Source of the DNA: Geosiphon pyriformis uo1
Lineage: Eukaryota > Fungi > Glomeromycota
NCBI GenBank assembly: GCA_016748015.1
Contig: JAAOMT010000494.1
Coordinates: 922,190 to 986,189 of the forward strand
Direction: 5' to 3'
Length of the DNA stretch: 64,000 bases
Position numbers and translations under genes: made by a program. The notes under the pieces are model-generated. The model saw nothing but the letters and a program-made list of their open reading frames with translations, did no database searches and was not told the origin of the DNA. Shown one piece after another: positions 11,260 through 25,481 of this stretch; positions within the stretch are counted from its first letter, which is position 1; every line of letters starts with the position of its first letter.

Positions 11260-14200
11260 TTAGGTTTGTAGTATTCTTAACAAGCTGTTGGCATTGGTGT
11301 TCTTGGATTCTTTCTTGTAATGAACTTTGAGTGGGAATTGTTGCAGATAAGTACTCCATTTCACATATTTTCCTTCCAACTATGGGTTATTGAGTAACCA
11401 GATGAGTCTCTTATGATCAATATATAGGTCAAATAGTTGCCTAAGGTAGTGTTTCCATGTTTGTATGGCTCAATAAATAGCGAGGCATTTTAAATCCATT
11501 GTGTTATATATTTTTTCTGCTGGGTTAATACTGCGACTGGCATAGGTGATTGGATGTTCTCTTCTGTTTGGTTCTATTTGTAATAATACAGCTCCTAGTG
11601 CATTTTTTGATGCATCTGTAGTGACAATGAATTATTTGGTGAAGTTGGGATAAATTAGTATTGGAGATGTAATTAATCACTGTTTAAGATAGTCAAAGGT
11701 CTTTTGTTGCTCTTCCTTCTACAAGTATGACATGTATTTTGACAACAAGTGATGAAGAGGTTTTGTGATAGTTGAGAATCCTTTGACAAATTGGTGGTAA
11801 TATCCAGCCAGTCCTAAAAATTTTTGTAGCTCTCGTAGGTTAATTGGCGCTGGAAAATCCTTGACTTTTTGGATTTTGTCTGGATCAGGTTTTACTCTGT
11901 TTTTGCCAATCATGTGTCCTAAGAATTTTAGTTCAGTTTTCCTGAAGAAGCATTTATCAGGATTGAGTTTCAATCCAGCACCTTGAAGGCATTCAAAGAC
12001 TTGTTGCAAGTAGAGCAAATGTTTGTCAAATGTTTCCAAGAAGACATTGGTGTCATCCAAGTATACTATGACTGATTTCTACAAGATTCCTTTATACATG
12101 ACATCCATAAGATGTTGGAATGTAGCAGGAGCATTACACAGTTCGAAAGGCATTACATTGAATTCAAAATTTCCATCTCAGATGGTGAATGCCATTTTTT
12201 CTTTGTCTTTCAGATCTATTTCGACTTGCCAATATCTACTAGTCAGATCTAGGGATGAGAACCATTTCTTTTTTCCTAAGTTGTCTAGGATTTCTTGGAT
12301 AAGAGGAGTGGGATAGCTATCTTTTTGGATAATACTATTTAATTTCCAGTAATCTACACAGAATTGTACCTTTCCATTTTTCTTTGTGACTAAGACCACT
12401 GGAGAGAACCAAGGGCTTAATAATTTTTTAATCAGTCTGTTGTCAAGCATTTGTTGTACTTTTTGCTTAATTAGATTATTTTCAGATGGGAGTACTTAAT
12501 AAGCTCACTGCTTAATAGATTGAACATCTCCAGTATCAATCTGGTGTTTCACAATGTTAGTTCATCTGAACTTGTTTTCACTGACAAAGATATTGGCATA
12601 TTGGTTCAATAGAATCTTAAGTTGCATTTGCTGTAAAGTGCTCAGATTTCCCAAATTAAGTTTATTGATTTCTTTTGGCATAAACAAATAACTTTCCTTT
12701 GGCAGATTCCATACTTGTGAGGTAATGTTACAGAACAAGAACAATTGAGCAAAATCTGGAATGAACTGGGGTTTTTCTGGATTCTGAATATCTGAAGATA
12801 TAGAACCAATGAGAATTTCCTTAGAAATTTTGATAATGTTTTTAGTCAAATTGTGGATGAGAATTTTAAAGTGTTTATGAGCTTTGGCTGGTAAGTACAG
12901 GTTAGCAATGTTGGCTAATAAGCAGATCTTGGGATTGGTCTCAAAGACTAGTGCTTGGTTTTGAATCTTTCGGTCGACTTTGAGAATATACTGCCGATAA
13001 AAAGGGATGGAAATAATGGTATCAGTGTAGATAAGTTCTACCTGGTTACTATCCTCCTCTATAAAATTGACCATTATGTTCCTTCTTCTACTTGAGCCAA
13101 ACCCCTTGATTTTTTGAACAGTAAGACTTAATTCTTTTTGGTGGTAACTAAGGCTAGTTGGAGTATTTTGACTAAAGATAAGAAGATGGCTTGAATGATT
13201 TTTTTGTGAGATTTGATCTTGTAGAGTTTGTTTGAATTGTTCTGTAGCATTATGATAATGTTTTCTGTATATCCAGCATTGATAATTCCTCTTTTTATGT
13301 CAATTCCTTTCTTTGCAAGGCTTGATCTAGACACTATTTATACCATGATGCTAACAGGAATTTCTAGCACTATTTTGAGATCTATTTTTACCAGAAAATG
13401 TGGGGCTATAATTATAGGTGATTGTCTAAGATATCTTAAGTCAAAACCTGCATCAGTCTTGTGTGCTTTTTCTGGGCATATTCCTTTCTCATCATTACTG
13501 TACCACTTTAATTCTAATTCTTTGGAGAGGTCTGGATACACGAAATATTGTTTTATTTTGGTAGTCTAATTTGGCTTTTAAAATAACATGTCCTTGGCAA
13601 GTAATTTCTCTTTTTCCTCAGGCTTAGGTAATTTGGTGATCGGGTATAGGATTCTGAGAGGTGGGTTGAATATGAAATTACACTTGTCACAATATTGGAA
13701 GTGACAAGAAATTAAGCAGTGATTACATAGTTTGGTATTTCGATCAGCTAGATGCTGTTTTTGCTCTTCTCGGGTCAGAGCCAATTCTTGATATCAGTTC
13801 TTTAATGCATCAGAGTCATCTGTAATGAAATCATCCACAGGGTAGTTGAGTCTATTATATTTGGACGTCCAAGGGTTGTTCTTGATTTCTCGTATTTCTT
13901 TGGGCATGGTGCTTTTAACTTTGGTGCTTGTCATTCTCCAAATTTTGTAATTATTGTGTGGATAACCATCCAGCTTATTGAGTGCTCGTTTCTAAGTGTT
14001 CTCAATGGAAGTTCTCTTTTGTACCCAATCATTGATTAATATGATGTACTGATAAGCCTCGTCACATGTTCCTTCTCTGCCAAGCACATCATTCCAGAGT
14101 CTTTCATCAGGCAGAATTTTGCCACATGTAAAACATGGTATGTTGTCTCACTTGCCTTGTTATTTTGGTCATCCAAATCTTTTCAGTAATTAAAGTCTGC

Positions 14201-17200
14201 AGTAGTATTTGGTGGTGATGGGCCATTTTTTGTTGTCTCCAATACATGCACCCATAGTGGATAGTTTTTTTCCACAATTGATACATATTAGTTTTGAAGG
14301 TTGGTAAAATAGGTTTCTTTGGTCCGAGGTTATATATCCTAGTGATGACAATTGGAGTTCTTCTTCAGCTTTGCCTTTTTTTTTTTCTTCTCAGGTTGGT
14401 GGTAGAGACAGTTCAGTTTGATAATCATCTGCCCATGAAACTTAATAGATCTCAATAGTCAGTGATAGTGGTATGTCTTCAAATTCAATATGGAGTTCCT
14501 TGGTATGTTTGGTTTTAAAGTATTCATACATAGCTGGGACTTGGACATACTGTTCATTAAATGTGAATTGAAGTTCTTGGATGTTCCAGTTAAGAGTAGT
14601 GTTGGCTTTTGACAACCAATCATTTTTTACCAGAGCTTAATATTAAGTAGCTTCCATAATAAGTACTTTAGTAGGGATCTGGATTCCATTAATCTCGAAG
14701 GGGAAGTTGTCAATTTCTCCAATTAGTGTTTTTGTGTTTCCATCTGCTGTAATGATCCGGGCAGTAGCAGCATGATCTACTCGGTGATCTAATTGGTCTA
14801 TAAGCTGCTTCATGATTATGCTACCAGCTGATCCACTATCCAGGATTAATTTAATGTCTATTTTTCCAACTCTAGCATTGGTGTATAAGACCATTATTGG
14901 TTTATCCTAATTGATGGCTGCTCCACTAAAAAGGCTATGAGTGTTCAAATTATTAATGTCAAAAAGAAATATGGCAGCTAGGGTGGTGTCCTTGATAATA
15001 GTGGCTGGTGGGATATTACTTTTTGTTGGCTTGGAAGATTGAGAAATTTGTTCTACATCCCTCCCTTTTACAAGTCTAGATTTATCAAAACCCTGGTCTT
15101 CCATGAAACTGAGGTAGGAAGCTTGATTTGGGTATCCCATTGGTATTGGTCGAAATTGGGCAGGACCGTGAGGGATTGGTTGAGACAGTCTATTGTTGGT
15201 TTGCACCTGATTGTTGTTGAAATTCCTCCATCCCTAATTATAGTTTATGGCTCGAAGTCTGGACTGGTTGTAAAAGGGAGTTTGATAATAAGAGATTGCT
15301 TGTGTTATTGGTGATAGTTGATAATAATTCCGGAGCAGTAGTTAAGTGTACGAGACTTGTTGTGCATACTAGGGTGGTTGATTTTGAGATATGAAATATT
15401 GGGATACCATGTTTTGCTAATATCTTGGTTACTAGTATTGGTTTCTTTAAGTTTGGTTTATTATCTTCTTTCTGCAGTCATGGGCAATGTCTTCAGATTT
15501 CTGGCAGTAATAACAGTTGCAAAGATTGGATCTCTAAAGTTTTTGCTATTGCTGAAAGTTCTGTTGCTGTGGATATCTGCTGTTGTTATTATTTTCTCTT
15601 CATTGTGATAGTTGGTAAGTTCCTGTGGTTCCGACTAAAAATTTTTCAATTTTCTGAGTTAATTTCTCACTTAATTGGGTTATCTTTGTATTGATATCAG
15701 AGGTTCTATTGATGGCTAAATTTACGGCTTAGGTATGATTCACTTCTTGTTTTGTGAATTCAAAATTGCAAGCAAGAGTAACTGCTTCTTGTAGGTTTAT
15801 TGGATGGCGAGATCATATGGATCTTAGGAGGCTGCTCCTTAGTCCTTTAACAAATTGATTAAGGACTTGTATAGTGGTATAATAATTCTGCTCAATAGCT
15901 AGAATTTGTCAAAGAACCTGATTAAATCTTCTCAGATAAGTAGTTACTACTTCATGATCATTTTGTTTTATTATACTGAATTAAGTGTATTAGGGTTACA
16001 GAAGTATTGCAGAAATGTGAGTTTAAACTCTGTAAAGAAAATAGGTTTTTCTGTAAGGCTCTGGTATCATAAATTGGCAGTTCTGGTCAAAAAAAATGGC
16101 AGTGTCTGAATTGTGTAGTCATTGTCTCAACCATTAGTGGTAATTGCTTTTTCGGCATTCGCAATCCAAGAATATGTGTTATTTTCTTTACTAGAGAATT
16201 TCTCCAATTTAGCAATATTCCGGTAAGCTATGATCCAGTTAATGGGTGAGATATTACTGATTACATTTAAGGAGATTGGTGTCCACATATTTGAGTGTTC
16301 TTCAGGTGCTAATGCTGATTGTTTTTTTTTGTCACTTAAACCAATAGGTTGTAAGATAGTTGTTCCTTCTATCAGAGAAAATGCTGATTCTGCTGGGTTT
16401 TGTGCTGGTGGTTGTTCCCAAGTTGATGTGTTTTCTTCTGTTTAACTGGCTATTGAGATAAGATTTCCAAACAGCAATCTGTATTCTCTTAGTAATTTGA
16501 TCCAACTTTGTTGATCCCAAGAGTGTGGATTTCCAGGAGTTCATGATGTTTCTGACTGGGTTTCTAGAGGTGGATTGAATACAATTCTACTTTGGAGTGT
16601 CTGATAATATAATGGAGTTGTTAGGGAGAGGAATCTTGGTTTTTTGTTAACTATGGACTTGTCTTGAGCAGTTGCAGAATTATTAGATCTGTATTCATAT
16701 TTTTCTGGATCAGATTATACAGGTTGTTGTACTTGAGGAAATCATTTTGTTACATAGTGTTTAATGTTTGTATTAACTATACATAGAGTTTCAGCAATTG
16801 CTCAAGTAGTGGTAGTTGTCAAGTACCCTAGTAAGCTTTGATGGATTTATTCTCTAAGTCTTCCTGTATTAGTTGTGCAGCCTAACAAGCAATTGATTTT
16901 TGCATTGATATAGTTGCAAAAATCACTTTCTGTGATAGTAGTTTCTGCTGGTATTTCTAGATCTTTTTGAAAGTATTGAAATAGTGCTCTTCTATATGAT
17001 GTTATGGGATGGTTTTCTTGTTATATTTAATTGCTAATATCCCGCTTTAATTGTAATTAGTCTTTCGTGAGTTTCTCAATTCTATTTGTGTGATAATGTC
17101 ACTGTTACACTGAAGACTTTCTTTTTACTGTTGTGATATAAGTTATTTTTTAATTCTTGATTGTTGTGTGTGTTTATGTACTCCTTCTCAGAGGCTGAAC

Positions 17201-17910
17201 TGAAATCTACCCACTGTCTGAGGTCTTCTCTGAGGCTATCCTTGCAATTGTCTGATGTGTTTCTCTAATCTAAAAACACAGAATGTTAATGGTCTTTAGT
17301 GCTTTTCCTAATTCTTACAATAAAGCTTTTATCAATTAGTAACAACATGAATAATCTTGATCAAAAATTATTCTTCTAAGGGATTCAGTTGATGAATGAT
17401 AGTTTCATTCAATAAATAATACAAGTAAGTTTCTTAATACTTTGGGTTGTGATAATTTAGTTTTAAATATTTTTTTCATTTCTTTTTGATTTAAAAGTTT
17501 CTTGGGATATTTAATTTGAAAGTATGATTTAAAGTGGAGTTTGTTGAATAAAATTGGATTTATTGCTTGATAAATTATGATTTTTATTACTTGATTCTCT
17601 TTTCTCAATATTAAAACTACTGTATATATACATGTTTGTAGTTCTATGAGAAAACACATTGTAATACTTTCTTTTTAATATTTCAACCTGGTGTTTGCTG
17701 CTATTACCAGTTGGTGTTGGCTGCTATTGTGAACTGGTGCTTGCCACTATTGCAAGATAGTGTTTGCTACTATGTTAATCATTACCTTTCTAAGATTATT
17801 ACTGTGCTATATTATGATTAAATAGTTTGTATTATTTTTATGATTTTTTTTGCTAAATTCTTAAACCGTAACAATGAGAAGTGGTTCTTTCTTATTGTTC
17901 TAATAGTCAT
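11260..17910 (-). pseudogene. B ORF1 (Gag-PR-Cys-dUTPase-RT-RH), interrupted by a solo LTR
   Basis: KLILDSGSAGS (~14830). DAGFDLRY (~13450). WFSSLDLTS and YLDDTNVF (~12060). VTTDAS (~11615). Ends LLRILQT*. Confidence 0.9.
17000..17873 (-). mobile_element. Solo LTR of family D inside the gag of B
   Basis: Reverse complement of the D LTR, 874 bp, with a perfect atga/atga TSD and no PBS or PPT. Confidence 0.95.
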
Positions 17911-17955
17911 TACTTTTGTGTATCTCTGAAGTGCTCTGTTTCTGTGGATTTATAA

Positions 17956-17972
17956 CCTCACAGGGAGCACCA
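17956..17972 (-). promoter_or_regulatory. Primer-binding site of B (TGGTGCTCCCTGTGAGG)
   Basis: The plus strand reads cctcacagggagcacca, a tRNA 3' end with CCA. Identical to 35932-35948. Confidence 0.9.
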
Positions 17973-17974
17973 AA

Positions 17975-18997
17975 TATTATGGGTAAACTTGGTGGAGTAT
18001 GAAAATGGTAATATTTGGTGCTCTCAATAATTGATAATGTGTCTTTGGCATAATTCCATTGGCTTATTTTTGATTATCAGTCTCTGAAGATTTTATTTTA
18101 CTGGTTGTGAATTTACCTATTGAGTTCTTTGGTTATAAAGCACAGAGTTTTGGTTCTTGCTAATTGCAACTTCTTATAAAGGTAAGCTTTCTCCTCCAAG
18201 CAAATGAGCACAGTCATTAGAGTTTGGTATTGTCTTTTTATCTTTCTGGTAAGCTATCAAGATAATGTTAATATTCAAAACCTAGGGGAAGCTTCCCTCT
18301 TTTACCAGGCTATCACAAAGTCTATTCTCAGACAGTCAATTTTATTATGTTGCCACTCCTTAAGAGAAAAAATAAAGAAAGAGAAAGAAAATAAAAGCAA
18401 AAAAGAAAAGATAAATTAGTATTATTGATTGCTATGATCAAAAGCAATTGGTCAGAAAGTTGTTAATAGTTCGAGATAATTATGCTAAAAGCATTGTTCT
18501 AGAACAAAGGTACAAAACAATGATTAATTCACATAAATTCCACAAAGTTTGAGAACATGAATTCATAATTCTGATTTCTTAATAATTGATTTATTTTAGA
18601 AGATGAATATAGAATATAATTGATGAAAGGATATGGAAATTTGATTCTTGTTTAGTGGTTTGTATCTATTTGTCTTTCTACCTACTACAACTATTCGCTT
18701 TTATACTTTCTTTTGGTTTTACAGAATTGTTTCTGATTGTTTCATTATTGCTAACTATTGCTTTGTTATTTCTGTTATTGCTTTGCTTTTCTACATTATT
18801 ACTAGTTATCTTATATTATAACATATTATCTGGTGTTATTATATGTTATTCTGTGTTATCCTGTATTATAACACATTATCCTGCACTATCCTAAGTTATA
18901 ATACGTTATCTAATATTATTGTGCACTATTCTGTGCTATGTCACATTCTGGTTACATTACTTTCTAACTTCAAATCGGTTTTTCTACTTGGGTAACA
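17975..18997 (-). repeat. 5' LTR of B (~1020 bp)
   Basis: Adjacent to the PBS. Outer end reads tgttacc on the minus strand. Confidence 0.93.
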
Positions 18998-21900
18998 CCA
19001 CTTACCTGCCAATGATGCAGCAGCCAATCTATCAATCACCAGTATATCAAACTCCAATTTATCAGCCACAGTCATAAGTAATATATTAACCACAGCCACT
19101 AGTAATCTATCAACCCCAACAAATTCAAACACTGCCACAAAACTTACCTCAAAATGAAACACACAGGCCGAGAATAACACAACAAAACTGGAGATCAGTG
19201 ATAATATTTCACCAACCAATCTCCAGTTTATCAGCCCAACAATTAGAATCTCATTAGCAGAATTCGGCCACCAGCCATGTCCAAAATCCAAATTCTCAAA
19301 ACTATTTAAGTCTTTTGGTTACTCCAGAAAGTGCTCCATCCAACAATCTAGAACACAACCAGAAGCAGCCACTTACTAGCAATATTCTATCAGCAACTAT
19401 CTCCAATAACAAATTCCTAACAGCTATTTTTCCTTTCAAACTTGAGGAAATTACACCAGTTCTATTATTCAGTGGAGCCACTTTTAACACCAAACCAATC
19501 ACCACTATGTACACTGACATGAAAATTGATGGTCATGTCATTAAACTGATCCTAAACAGTAGATTAGCTGGCAGAATCATTACATGACAACTTATAAACC
19601 AATTAGGTCGCCAAGTTGATTGCACTGCCAGCACATGCATAATCACTGCTGATGGAATAACCAAAACTCCGATCAGCAAGATTGATGACCTCCCTATAGA
19701 AGTTAATGATATCATCATGCCAATTAAAGTATTAGTTATGGAGACCACCCAATATCAAGCTCTAGTTGGAAATGATTGACTGTTCAAAACCAACACAATG
19801 CTTAACTGGACCATTCAAGAGTTGTAAATCAGCCAAAACGGCCAACACATGCAAGCACCAGCAACATACAGTCATTTCAAGACCACCAATGTGCTAGCAC
19901 CATTAATAGAGCTCGAGAAAGAAGTAAGCAAATCTCTTTAAAAAGTCTATCAAGTCTTATGGGCCAATGAGGACCACAATGAGCTATTGCCAATACTTTT
20001 ATGAGATGAACAAGAAAAAAAAAAGCACACAGAAGAACTAACCTAGAGAATTGACCAAAACATGTGGAATAACAACAACCAAAGCAAAATGCCACTAATT
20101 CTAAACTGAGAAGAAAAGGACAAAAGAAAAAAGAAAAAAAGGGAGGAAAACATACCTGAAAAGACCAACAACATCACAATAACAAGTGGTTAGGAAAGTA
20201 CATATTCAACAGATACCAGGCCAGAACCACTTTATATTCCCCTTAGGTGCAAAGACTGCAAAAAAAAACTGTTTTCTATGGAAGCTTGGGTTACACCAGA
20301 CAAAAATTACTGGACGTAAACCCATTACTATTGCAAGTCTTACTACTACAAATGTTATGGCTATCCAAAAAGACAAGACAAGTGGGACAATGAACTATGT
20401 CTTGCTTGCAACGAACAATTGCTCAATAAAGGAATGTAGAACAATATTCTTAGTTGAGAAGAAATATGCAATGCTTTGTGCCAATACACAATCCTTATCA
20501 GTAATTGGATGAATCGTGGTACACCAATAACTGCCACCTGGCACCATGCAATCTCTTACTTGGATGGTTACCCATACAACAAAAATGAGATCTAGTGGAT
20601 GGTAAATGCCAAAGTAGAAGGCACCATGTCCAGCAAAATATTGGAAATCAAAAACAACCCTCCAAAACCAGTCAATATTGTTCTAATTTCCAACCCAGAT
20701 GCTTTTCTGGATCTGGAAACAGGCTCAGAAGAATTTCATGAACACTACCAAAATTTGGCACCAACAAGAGAGAAACAAGAGCAGCATTTGGCCCAAATAA
20801 ACACCCAACTATGTGACTACTGTTTAATCTCATGTGACTTTCAATATTGTAATAAGTGTGACCTCATTTACAATTCATTACCATGTATAATCTATATGAT
20901 TCCAGAAGAGAAAAAACCAATCAGCAGCTGCACATCAGAATTGGAATTAAAGTTCAATTCCAATTCAAACTCTGATAACAATGATAACAAAAACAACAGT
21001 TCTAGCTCTGCTCAATATGGCCATAATAACAACAATAATTTAAACTCAGATTCGAATTCTGATCCAAACTATAAACAATATATTGCACTTTTGAACCTTA
21101 CCAAGAAGCAGAAACTGAAATAGTTTAGTGATAACAATAAAAGTATTATGCCAGAACGTGTGCATAATACTAATGCAGGATTTGATTTAAGGTATCCAGA
21201 AAGAAATGCCATCAAATTGGAACCACATTCGTGCACCTACATTGATCTCAAAATAGCACTGGAAATTTCAGCAACAACCATGATTCAACTAGCATCCAAG
21301 AGTAGTTTAGCGAAAAAGAGAATCAACATCAGAAGAGGGATAATTGATGCAGGATATATAGGAAATATTATTGCTATGCTACAAAATGATTCAAAAAAGA
21401 TCTATATTATAGAACCAAACAAAAAAATAGCATAGGCAATATTCCTGCCTTTGGTAAAAATAATTCAACTAGTATCAGTGAAAAACAGAGAAGAATTAAG
21501 GATTACAGCTAGAGAGATACAGAAATTCGGATCTATGAGTAGAATAAATGTACCAGTCAATATAACAGAGGAAAAAATTGTTGACAAGAGAGAAATTATC
21601 TTTACCTGTCAACCAATTTCCATTCCACTATATGACCAGTACATAATAACCATAGAGAGAAAAGTGAAGGATCAGGTTCAAATTTTTGAAGTGGAAGCAA
21701 CTCTTTGTGAATCAGAAAAGATTGGATTAATCAATCTACACATACCAGCCAAAAACCACAAACACATCAAAATTCTCATTTACAACAACATGGAAGATAT
21801 CATTGAGATACTAGAAGAAACCATTATTGGATATTTAACCACCGAAATTGAAGAACAATTACCAAACACCATTTCAGACTTTTCACAACTATGCAGATAT

Positions 21901-23374
21901 GTGAATATCACATCTCAGATGATATACAGACAAGAAGAATGTTATCTGCTCCAACCAGAACAATTAGAACAAATGAACTTAGAAAATCTAGATCCACTAC
22001 AACATATGCAACTCAAAATGTTACTTAATAACTTCAATGACATCTTTGCCAACGAAAACAAATTTGGCAGAACTGACATAATTCAACATCAAATTAAAAC
22101 TGAAGATGTAATGCCAATTAAACAGAGAGCATACAGAATACCACTAGCCAGCCATGATATCATTCATCAAGAAATTAATCAGATGCTTGACAACAGGTTA
22201 ATTCAACCATCAATGAGCCCATAATCATCATCAGTGGTATTAATCCATAAGAAAAATAGAAAAATCCGCTTTTGTATAGATTACTAGAAACTAAAAAGAG
22301 TAACCAAAAGAGATAACTACCTGACTTCAAAGATCCAAGAATTTTTCGACACTTTTAGAGGAAAAAAATGGTTCTCAACATTAGACTTAGACAGTGGTTA
22401 CTGGCAAGTAGCTATGAAATCAGAGGATAAAGAGAAGACAGCATTTACAATTCGAAAAGGAAATTTTGAATTTGAAGTAATGCTATTTGGATTGATGAAT
22501 GCTCCTGCCACATTCCAACAGCTCATGGAAATTGTTTATACTAAACTACTGTAGAAATCTGTAATTGTTTACTTAGATAACACAAATATGTTCTTTAAGA
22601 CATTTGATGATTATCTACATTATTTTTAACAAGTATTTGAAAGGTTAAAAAGAACAGAATTGAAGTTGAATGCAAACAAATGTTTCTTTGGAAAAACAAA
22701 ACTCAAATTTTTAGAACATGTTATAAGCAAAGATAGTATCAAAACAGATCCAGACAAGATTGCAATAGTAAAAAACTTTCTAGTACCAACCAATTTAATA
22801 GAATTAAGAGCATTTTTGGAATTTGCAGGGTATTATTGCCACTTTATCAAAGACTTTTCTAAACTGGCTCAGCCATTTTATTATCTACAAACCAAGAATG
22901 TAAAATATGAATAGACAGAAGCTCAACAAGAAACATTTAATACATTAAGAAGAAAGCTTATCTAAGCTTTAGTGTTGATGTATCCAAATCACAGCAAATC
23001 ATTCATTATTACTACTGATACATCAGGCCAAGCTTTAGGGGCAGTACTATTACAGAGAAGACCAGATGAAAGAAAGCATCCAGTAGCTTATGCCAATAGA
23101 AGCTTAAGCCTAGCTAAAAAGAACTATAGAACTTCAGTACTGGAACACTTAGCTATTTATTGGGCTGTTACCAAATGGAAAGAATACTTGAGTCAAAAGT
23201 TTGATGTGTACACCAATCACCAGAGATTGACTTCAATTCAAAAGCAAAAATTTGGAAATGATCTATTATGTGAGATAAAAAATAGCACTATTACCATATG
23301 CATTTACAATACATTATAAAAAGGGAAAAGACAATGGAAATACCAATGGTCTGTTGTGAATAAGACAAATCTAA
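18998..23374 (+). pseudogene. C ORF1, 3' part: Q-rich linker, protease, Cys-rich domain, dUTPase, RT, RNase H
   Basis: KLILNSR, a decayed DSG motif (~19545). Cys clusters at 20248-20860. dUTPase AGFDL/SSLA/GIIDAGYIG/KIA at 21148-21540. RT ~22060-22900. ITTDTSG. Stop at 23372. Confidence 0.9.
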
Positions 23375-23404
23375 AAACATATCAACCCAAAAATATAACA
23401 AAAG

Positions 23405-24780
23405 ATGAATATACAAAAATACCAACAACTCCAATATTATATAAATACCCAATTGTTCAAGAAAAAATTATCTCAAAAAGAACAAAACAACATAAAACAA
23501 CAATCAAAATATTTTATCAACCACTAAAATATACTTTATCAGAAAAACAAAAAGAATTCAGATCAACCAACCAAAGTAATCACAGAACCAGAAAAAGAGA
23601 CAATATTATTCAACATGCACTCAGATTCAATAGCAGGACATTTTTATAAAGAAGCAACCATAAAAAGAATCAGAAAAAATACTATTGGCCATCTATGTAT
23701 TCAGACATCATCTAATATGTTTAAAATTGTGATGCTTATCAGAAAAGAGGAGGAACAAAACCCAGTGAACTATTAAGACCAATCAAAGTGAGACAATCAT
23801 TTGATTGTATTAGAATTGACTTAATTAGATCATTAACAATTATCAGCAGAAACAACAGATATATTGCAATAGTCATAGATTATTTCACTAAATGGCCAGA
23901 AGCAAAAACCATTCAAAAAGCAGATGCAGAATTTGTTGCTGAATTTGTTCATCAAGATTTGATTTGTCAACATAAATGTCTAAAAAAACTATTATTAGAT
24001 CAAAGAACTTACTTTGTGAATAGAATATTGACAGAATTAAGTCAAAGATTTGGGATAAAAAAACTATTATCATTACCATATTATCCACAAACAAATGAGC
24101 TAGTTGAAAAGTTTAACAAAACATTGTGTGAAGCCATTGCCAAAATCAGCCAAAAAAACCAGAACAAATGAGATTTGATTATAACATTAGTATTATTTGC
24201 TTATCAGACAATAAAACAAGACACTACACAAACAACACTATTCAAATTAGTATATGATAGAACAGCAACATTACCAGTTAAAATAGAAGTCAAAACATAT
24301 CCAACAGAACCAATAACAGAAGAAGATTTCCAAAAAACATTGTTGAGAAGAACATATGACTTAATAGAAACACTAGAAAACAAAAGGCGAAAAGCAGCTG
24401 ATAACATACAAAAGTTACAAAAAAAACAAAAAAAAAGACATGATAACCAATTACCAGAAAAATTAGTTGAATTTAAGATTAGAAACAAAGTACTGCTACA
24501 TTATATCAAAGCAAAAAAACAATGAAGTGGAAAATTTGACTCCAAATAGGACAGACCATTTCATATAGAAGAAATTTTTGAAAATAGAGCTTATAAATTA
24601 AAATTAAACAACAAAATTTTAACCAAAGCAGCACATAATAATTAACTAAAACCATATCACTATATAGCATCGTCATCCACCAACAATATTTTACAATTAG
24701 GGGTACAGAGAATACTAGTCAAACCAGATAAGATTTCATAAGATCTAGAACCAATCATAATTATTGAACCAAACACATAA
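23405..24780 (+). pseudogene. C integrase ORF
   Basis: ATG at 23405. MHSDSIAGHF, YYWP, DYFTKWPEA, QTNELVEKFN, DLEPIIIIEPNT*. Confidence 0.9.
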
Positions 24781-24839
24781 AATTGAACAACCAAAAAAGT
24801 ATATAAAGACACAATATATGTGACAAAAGACAGCAAAAA

Positions 24840-25468
24840 ATGGAGATTATTAACAGCATTTATTCACTAATACAATAATTCTTTCAACTAATACAACAAC
24901 AAGAAATAGAAATTACAATCAACCAACAAACTATCAGATACACAAACACCAGAAAAAGAACACAAGATAAAACACAGAGAAAAACAGAAAACACTGTTGA
25001 CAAAATAATTTCAAAGATGAAACTGGCAATAGAAACACAACCAAAAGTAATCTAATATCAAGAGTTAACTATAAAAACTTGGAATTGGTGGATACAACAA
25101 TTTCCAAAAAACTTTTGTTACTTTCATTTGGGACAACACTTGAACATTCAGGACTTGTATACAAATAAAACAAAATGATTATTTGATGCAACAATATTAC
25201 AACAACTAAAACAATTTATGGGAAAGAACAATTTGACCACACAAGCAAGAGCCATTTATTAGCTACATATTGAATTTCAAGTTCGACTAGAAATCTTACT
25301 CAATCTAGAAATAAACTCTATTACTATTAACCAAATGGGAAAAATAACCAATGCCCAATTTGAAAAATTACAAAACCAGATAGCACAAGTAATTCTAAAA
25401 AAAAAATTCAAGAAATACTCAAAAATGAAGAATTAGAATTAGAAGATCTCGACAGAGCTCAATATTAA
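24840..25468 (+). pseudogene. C ORF3 (unknown)
   Basis: MEIINSIYSLIQ...FPKNFCYFHLGQHLNIQDLY...FMGKNNLTTQARAIY...DRAQY*. Confidence 0.8.
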
Positions 25469-25481
25469 AAGGAGAGAATAA

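Larger units (their letters stand above)
8011..18997 (-). mobile_element. Element B: full-length LTR retrotransposon of a distinct LTR family, inserted in the gag of C
   Basis: LTRs at 8011-9049 (3') and 17975-18997 (5'). Intact PBS at 17956-17972, PPT at 9050-9065. TSD tcac/ccac. Confidence 0.94.
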
